NCBI GenBank assembly: GCA_023249635.1
Contig: JAHFCH010000004.1
Location: 13,730 to 77,729 of the forward strand
Source of the DNA: Fibrobacterota bacterium
GTDB lineage: Bacteria > Fibrobacterota > Fibrobacteria > UBA11236
DNA length: 64,000 nucleotides
Direction: 5' to 3'
How positions within the stretch are numbered: position 1 is the stretch's first letter; every line of letters begins with the position of its first letter. This document shows positions 59,154 through 64,000 of the stretch, one piece after another. The position numbers were made by a program, and so were the translations under genes. Under the pieces are notes generated by a model. That model saw nothing but the letters and a program-made list of their open reading frames with translations, did not search any database and was not told the origin of the DNA.

Positions 59154-59254
59154 TTTCCAATCCGCTTCGGAATCGGGGGTAACTTCCAAGTTTCTCAATC
59201 GGTATGCGCGGCAGTGGCAGCTTGTGTAAGCAACCCGCCGACAAATGGTGACAA

Positions 59255-60247
59255 TCAAGTAACGGTAAAATTACCGGAGCGATAAAACCCGTCCAGGCAG
59301 ATCGAATCCAGATCGGCGGCGGCGCAAACGCCGCCGGTCGCATGCCCCCACAGCGCCATCTGGTCCAGGTACCAGCGGGCATGGGCGGGAACCGGGGAGC
59401 GGATTCCCGCGGGAGCCCCGGGAGCCTGTGGTTGCGCCCCGAGCGCATCCCGGAGCGCGGCGTCCACGACGGATTTCGAGGTGTTCACGTACCGCTTGGA
59501 GCAGACGATTTCGACCGCGGCCTCCAGATTGGCGGCGTCCGCCATCCATTCCGAGGCTTCGGAGAGCGCGCGCAGAACGCGCATGTGCTCCGGAGCGTGC
59601 TCGCGATGCCATTCGGCGCGCACGCCCAGCACCTTTTCGCCCAGACCGGGAAGCAGGCTCGCGCTGGCCGCCACCAGGCGCCCGAGTTTCGATTCCGTAG
59701 CGCGGCGGGTCCAGGGTTCTCCCACGCAGAAGCCGTCGATTTCGCCCTTGCGCAAGCGGCCCACCATTTCCTGCGGAGGGATGATGAACAAGGTGATGCG
59801 ATCGCCCAGGGCCAGTTTCCCCCGCGCCAGCCAGGAGCGGAGGAAGTACTCCTGGGTGCCCCGGGGGAATACCACTCCCAGTCGCAGTGGCCGTTCCGGA
59901 TTCGCATCCAGCCACTCCGATAGGCCGACGGCGTCGCGGACGCCGTGGTTCCAGAGCGCGTTGGAAAGGATGATGCCGTTCCCGTTACGGCTGAGGGTAA
60001 ACGCGTATTGCAACGGAGGGGGTTCGCCGGGATGCTCCAATGCCGTTTGCAGCGGAACCGTGATCAGCAGATGGGCCGCATCCAGCTCGCGGGCCTGCAG
60101 CTTATCCCGCACCTGTCCCCAGGATTGCGCCTTGCGCAACTCCGCATCTATCCGATAGCGGGCGAAGAAGCCTTTTTCCTGGGCCACGGCCAACAAGGCG
60201 CAATCGACCAAGGGCACGAAACCGATACGGACAGCATCACCGGACAC
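59255..60247 (-). CDS. Cytoplasmic NrtA-like protein (NasS-like), copy 2
   Basis: It is a paralogue of 56558-57598 (VRIGFVPLVDCALLAVAQEKGFFARYRIDAELRKAQSWGQVRDKL). The start is GTG. Confidence 0.75.
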   Translation of the reverse strand: MSGDAVRIGFVPLVDCALLAVAQEKGFFARYRIDAELRKAQSWGQVRDKLQARELDAAHLLITVPLQTALEHPGEPPPLQYAFTLSRNGNGIILSNALWNHGVRDAVGLSEWLDANPERPLRLGVVFPRGTQEYFLRSWLARGKLALGDRITLFIIPPQEMVGRLRKGEIDGFCVGEPWTRRATESKLGRLVAASASLLPGLGEKVLGVRAEWHREHAPEHMRVLRALSEASEWMADAANLEAAVEIVCSKRYVNTSKSVVDAALRDALGAQPQAPGAPAGIRSPVPAHARWYLDQMALWGHATGGVCAAADLDSICLDGFYRSGNFTVT

Positions 60248-60269
60248 GGAAAGGCCCTGCCGCTCGGGT

Positions 60270-61484
60270 TCAAACGCGGGCGCGGGCCACGGAGGGCGCG
60301 CCCCAGGTGGAGCGCCAGCGGAGCTTGACCTTGAAGAGTATCCCGAAGGCGCAAGCCCCCAGGAGCGCGTACAACAAGAAGCCCAGGCGATAATCGCCGG
60401 TCAGTTGCCGGGTCAAGCCCAGGGAAGAAGCCAGATAGAACCCGCCCAGGCCGCCCGCCATTCCGACCAGGCCCGTGAGGGTTCCGATTTCGCGCTGGAA
60501 GCGCTGCGGCAGCAGTTGGAATACGGAACCGTTACCCATCCCCATGGCGATCATCCCTACCACGAAAAGGGGGAGGGAAATGGCCAGCGAGGACGGTAAC
60601 AAGGCCACGCCCAGCATGCTCGCCACCACCACGAGATAAATGATTTGCAGGGCGCTGGCCCCGCCGACCCGGTCGGCAACGCGGCCGCCGATGGGCCGGA
60701 ACATCGAGCCGCAGAAGACGCAGCCCGCCGTGATATAGCCCGCCACCTGCGGCGACAGGCCGAACTGGCTGTTGAAATAGATCACCAGGCTGGAAGCCAG
60801 GCCCACGAAGCCGCCGAAGGTCACCATATAAAAGAGCATGAACCACCATGCGTCGTTCTGTTGCAATAGGCTTGCGTAACGGGACAGTTTCTGCCGCGGG
60901 GGCAGGTTCGGGATATCCTTCGCCATCAAGGCGTAGGTCAGGAAGGTGGCGGAGATGGGGATGATCGCCAGGCCGAACACGTTCTGCCAACCGAAGTGGG
61001 CCGCGAGGATGGGGGCGAATAAAGCCGATGTCACGGTTCCGATATTCCCGGCGCCTACGATACCCAGGGCGAGTCCCTGCGCTTCCGGCGGATACCATCG
61101 GGAGGCGAGCGGCATGGCCACCACAAAGGCCGAACCGGCCACGCCCAGGCAAGCGCCCAGCAGGTAGACCTGGGCCAGGCTATGCACTCCCAGCAGCCAC
61201 GCGCATAGCAGTACCATAACCACGAATCCCTGCGTGATGAGACCTGCCTTTTTTGCCCCGATGTAGTCTACGAGGATGCCCATGGGCAGGCGCAACATGG
61301 CCCCGGATAGCACCGGGATCGCCACCATCATGCCCTTCTCGGAGGCCGAGAGCCCCAGCTCCCGGGCGATATGCACTCCCAACGGACCGAGCATGACCCA
61401 CACCATGAAGCTCATATCGAAATAGAGAAAAGCCGAGAAGAGAGTCGGAGCGTGGCCGACCTTGGCGAAGTCTTTCAATCTCAT
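60270..61484 (-). CDS. narK: MFS nitrate/nitrite transporter (NarK/NasA), copy 2
   Basis: The internal ATG 61484 gives MRLKDFAKVGH.... It is a close paralogue of 57620-58834. Confidence 0.9.
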   Translation of the reverse strand: MRLKDFAKVGHAPTLFSAFLYFDMSFMVWVMLGPLGVHIARELGLSASEKGMMVAIPVLSGAMLRLPMGILVDYIGAKKAGLITQGFVVMVLLCAWLLGVHSLAQVYLLGACLGVAGSAFVVAMPLASRWYPPEAQGLALGIVGAGNIGTVTSALFAPILAAHFGWQNVFGLAIIPISATFLTYALMAKDIPNLPPRQKLSRYASLLQQNDAWWFMLFYMVTFGGFVGLASSLVIYFNSQFGLSPQVAGYITAGCVFCGSMFRPIGGRVADRVGGASALQIIYLVVVASMLGVALLPSSLAISLPLFVVGMIAMGMGNGSVFQLLPQRFQREIGTLTGLVGMAGGLGGFYLASSLGLTRQLTGDYRLGFLLYALLGACAFGILFKVKLRWRSTWGAPSVARARV

Positions 61485-61800
61485 GATGCGGTGCTCCCTG
61501 CAGGGATAGGGAAGCAAAGCCCGCGCCACGCTGCGGTTGTTGCGCGGTTCTGTCATTGATTGTCAGGGAAAGTCCGCTTTATATATAGTCTGGCCGGATC
61601 GCGGGGGATGCCGGGAGGATCTTGACTCGGGGCGGGAGAATTCAAAGAAGCGTAAAGACCACAATTAGTGGCGACTTTTGTTAGTGCCGGATATGACAAA
61701 CGTTGGCAATTGATAACTGACCATTCCTTGACTTGCGGTTTTGGGAGCGAAATCGCGCCTTCTTCGTCGATAATTCTTCCAGTTCCGCTGATTTCAAGGA

Positions 61801-61816
61801 TGGTACGGCCTTTGCA
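61801..61816 (+). promoter_or_regulatory. Sigma-54 promoter of nirA
   Basis: TGGTACGGCCTTTGCA on the plus strand has the same core as 56437-56452. Confidence 0.7.
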
Positions 61817-61841
61817 TTAAAACATGTTACACGCCAACCGT

Positions 61842-61868
61842 TTCCGGTCCGTCCGCGCCTTTGGCCAT
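61842..61868 (+). promoter_or_regulatory. Short version of the conserved leader motif in the nirA leader
   Basis: TTCCGGTCCGTCCGCGCCTTTGGCCAT starts 26 nt after the -12 element. Compare TTCCGGTCCGTCCGGGCCTTTGGACAT in copies A and B. Confidence 0.45.
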
Positions 61869-61901
61869 CGCAATTCCCCCTGGATGCAGGAGGAGAGGGC
61901 T

Positions 61902-63782
61902 ATGGCATTGGACCGGCCCGGCAACGAAACGCCGGGAGTAACTCAGTTGATACCTACGGGCGGTCAGAACTTCTCGCCGGCACAAAAGGAATACCTGGAA
62001 GGATTCCTGCGCGCCTTGTCCGCACCCTCCGCCGCCGCCCAAGCCGCCACCGCCGCGACCACGGCTGCCGGCGCTTCCGCCCCTGCCGCCGACCTGGCAG
62101 GATTGCCCCCGGGCAAACAGGCCCAGCATGCCTGGCTCGCCGCCGGCAAGCGCCTGTCCAAGGAAGAGAAGATCAAGTTCGACGCCGATCCCCTGGACGC
62201 CTGGCCCCGCATCGCGGAACTTTCCTCCCAGGATAAATTGCCCGAAGGCGATGACCAGTTCCGCCTCAAGTACCACGGTCTGTGGAACGTATCGCCCGCG
62301 CAAGAGGCGATGATGTGCCGCCTGCGCATGCCGGGCGGAGTACTCAAGGCCTACCAGGCCGAGGCCATCGCCGCCGCGGCGGAAGCCTACGGCGGCGGCT
62401 ACGTGGACGTGACCACGCGCGCCAATTTGCAAATCCGGGAGATCCCGGGCCGCCACATGGCACCGCTCCTCACCGACCTCCATGAAGCCGGCATCGTGCC
62501 CCGCGGCTCGGGCGCCGACAATATCCGCAACGTGACCGGCAATCCCACCTGCGGAATCGATACCCATGAGTTCTACGACGTGCTGCCCTTGTGCCGGGAA
62601 CTGCACCACGCCATCCTGCACGACCGCGGCATGTACGGCCTGCCCCGCAAGTTCAATGTCGCCTTCGATGGCGGCAACTCCATTTCGGCGCTGGAAGATA
62701 CCAACGACATCGGCTTCAAGGCCGTCAAGGTGGAGGCGGGTCACGGCTTTGAGGAGGGCGTCTACTTCCGCATGGCCCTGGGCGGCATCACTGGACACGG
62801 CGATCTCGCCCGCGATACCGGCCTGCTCCTCAAGCCCGAAGAATGCATCCCCTTGACCAAGGCCATCGTCATGGTCTACGTCGCCAACGGCGATCGCGGC
62901 AACCGCAAGAAGGCCCGCCTGAAATACGTGCTCGACTCCTGGGGCATCCCCAAGTTCCTCGACGAGACCCAGAAGTTATTGCCGTTCCCCCTGCGCCGTC
63001 TGCCCGAGTCGGAATGCCGTCTCGCGCCCATGGTCGACAAGGCCGGACACCTCGGCATCCATCCCCAGCGCCAACCCGGCCTCTGCTACATAGGCGTGGA
63101 CGTGCCCGTCGGCCGCCTCTCCGTCGCGCAACTGCGTGGCCTGGCTTCCCTCGCCACCCGCTTCGGATCGGGAACGCTCCGCCTTACCGTATGGCAGAAC
63201 CTGCTCATCTCCGATGTTCCCGAGGATCGCCTGGGCGATGCGCTCAAGGCCTTGGGCGACCTGGGGCTGACGCACGAACCCGATCCCATCCAGGCCGGCT
63301 TGGTCGCCTGCACCGGCGGCGAAGGTTGCAAATTCGGATTGGGCCCCACCAAGTCCACGGCGCTCGCCATCTCGGCGCACTTGCGGGGCCGTACCGCCAA
63401 GCTCGGGCTCGATGCCCCCGTCAACATCCATCTCACCGGTTGCACCCATTCCTGCGCCCAGCATTTCATCGGTGATATCGGCCTCTTGGGCACCGGCGTG
63501 GAAATCCCCGAATACAAAGGCGCCGGTTTCCATTTCTACATCGGCGGCGGCTATGGCCGCGAAGGGCGCATGGCGGTGCCCGCTCGCCGTTCCGTGCCGG
63601 TGCCCGAAGTTCCCGCCGAAGTGGAGCGCATCCTCGCCATCTACCTGGAGAAGCGCCTGCCCGCGGAAACCTTCACCGCCTTCGCCGCCCGGCATCCGGA
63701 CGCGGAACTCGCGGCCTTGTTCGCCTGGCCCGCCGATCCCGTAGCGGCCGAATCCGCCATGCTTGCCGGGGAGAATGCCTGA
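61902..63782 (+). CDS. nirA: Assimilatory nitrite (or sulfite) reductase hemoprotein, NirA type
   Basis: ATG 61902 has AGGAGG upstream. The siroheme/4Fe-4S cysteines are in CTGGEGC...GCTHSCAQ. The NIR_SIR repeats are duplicated. Confidence 0.85.
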   Translation: MALDRPGNETPGVTQLIPTGGQNFSPAQKEYLEGFLRALSAPSAAAQAATAATTAAGASAPAADLAGLPPGKQAQHAWLAAGKRLSKEEKIKFDADPLDAWPRIAELSSQDKLPEGDDQFRLKYHGLWNVSPAQEAMMCRLRMPGGVLKAYQAEAIAAAAEAYGGGYVDVTTRANLQIREIPGRHMAPLLTDLHEAGIVPRGSGADNIRNVTGNPTCGIDTHEFYDVLPLCRELHHAILHDRGMYGLPRKFNVAFDGGNSISALEDTNDIGFKAVKVEAGHGFEEGVYFRMALGGITGHGDLARDTGLLLKPEECIPLTKAIVMVYVANGDRGNRKKARLKYVLDSWGIPKFLDETQKLLPFPLRRLPESECRLAPMVDKAGHLGIHPQRQPGLCYIGVDVPVGRLSVAQLRGLASLATRFGSGTLRLTVWQNLLISDVPEDRLGDALKALGDLGLTHEPDPIQAGLVACTGGEGCKFGLGPTKSTALAISAHLRGRTAKLGLDAPVNIHLTGCTHSCAQHFIGDIGLLGTGVEIPEYKGAGFHFYIGGGYGREGRMAVPARRSVPVPEVPAEVERILAIYLEKRLPAETFTAFAARHPDAELAALFAWPADPVAAESAMLAGENA

Positions 63783-63783
63783 G

Positions 63784-64000
63784 ATGAACACGCCCGTCCT
63801 TCCCGAATCCGCCCCCTTCAGCCTCGATCAACGCATGTGGCTCAACGGCTTCCTGGCCGGTTTGGCGAACGGCCTGGTCCCGGCGTCCTCCGCCAACGTA
63901 GCGCCGGCGTTACCCGTGCTGGTGCTTTACGCTTCGCAGTCGGGGACCGCCGAGGGCCTGGCCCATGCCCTATCCGACAAACTCAAGGCCGCCGCCTTCG
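63784..64000 (+). CDS. 5' end of a flavodoxin-domain reductase (CysJ-like), partial
   Basis: The ATG lies 1 nt after the nirA stop. The reading frame gives MNTPVLPESAPFSLDQRMWLNGFLAGL...VLVLYASQSGTAEGLA, with the flavodoxin FMN-loop SQSGT. It runs off the window. Confidence 0.6.
   Translation, partial: MNTPVLPESAPFSLDQRMWLNGFLAGLANGLVPASSANVAPALPVLVLYASQSGTAEGLAHALSDKLKAAAF

Overview
This is a GC-rich, gene-dense chromosomal segment. Sample lines count about 65-68 % G+C by hand; I did not compute this over the whole window. The host is a diderm bacterium, judged from outer-membrane (OM) beta-barrels, lipobox lipoproteins and sigma-54 promoters with an enhancer-binding protein (EBP).

The window has three blocks.

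(1) 1-4.1 kb encodes a secreted S8 protease, an OmpA-like protein and a hypothetical exported protein.

(2) About 4.15-26.8 kb is a visibly lower-GC arsenic island (about 50 % by hand count) with no integrase, transposase or tRNA.
- It contains aqpS-arsC, an arsR-arsM-arsR operon and an arsR-porin-pstSCAB-cysE operon.
- It then has a 13-gene plus-strand block at 12.9-26.7 kb. In order: two tandem ArsI C-As lyases, an 89-aa Cys-rich protein, a second ArsM-like methyltransferase, a cysteine-desulfurase-like PLP enzyme and a degenerate IscU-like protein. These are followed by an MMPL/RND exporter fused in frame to a LolA-like domain, a putative OM barrel, an N-hydroxylase/FMO-like flavoprotein, a Cys/Met-family PLP enzyme and a tandem-OsmC protein. 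The block ends with arsR-arsC.
- A 16-bp palindrome (ATCG-N8-CGAT) recurs five times in the island. Three copies sit in the 17-nt spacer of near-consensus promoters whose start codons lie almost at the predicted transcription start (leaderless design).
- The eight non-canonical genes of the plus-strand block are my best candidate for an undescribed organoarsenical transformation and export system. Function there is inferred from gene context only.

(3) 26.9-64 kb holds the following.
- Ala-rich and other lipoproteins with a TIGR02147-like protein, a HAD hydrolase, a YceH-like protein and a low-GC Fic islet.
- A sigma-54 operon of EBP, UPF0261 and PEP-hydrolase-like protein, in which the EBP sensor domain is a paralogue of the last gene.
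- A KaiC-like ATPase with a hybrid histidine kinase.
- A multicopper oxidase, PqiA-like protein, DUF1003, OsmC, beta-carbonic anhydrase, ABC-2 exporter, DUF1761 and prolyl oligopeptidase.
- A nitrate-assimilation regulon: porin, nrtABD, a tandem duplication of narK plus a nasS-like gene, and divergent nirA with the start of a flavodoxin-type reductase. It carries three near-identical sigma-54 promoters and a conserved 5' leader element.

I saw no rRNA, tRNA, CRISPR array or transposable element. All family assignments come from motifs read by eye; no database search was run.
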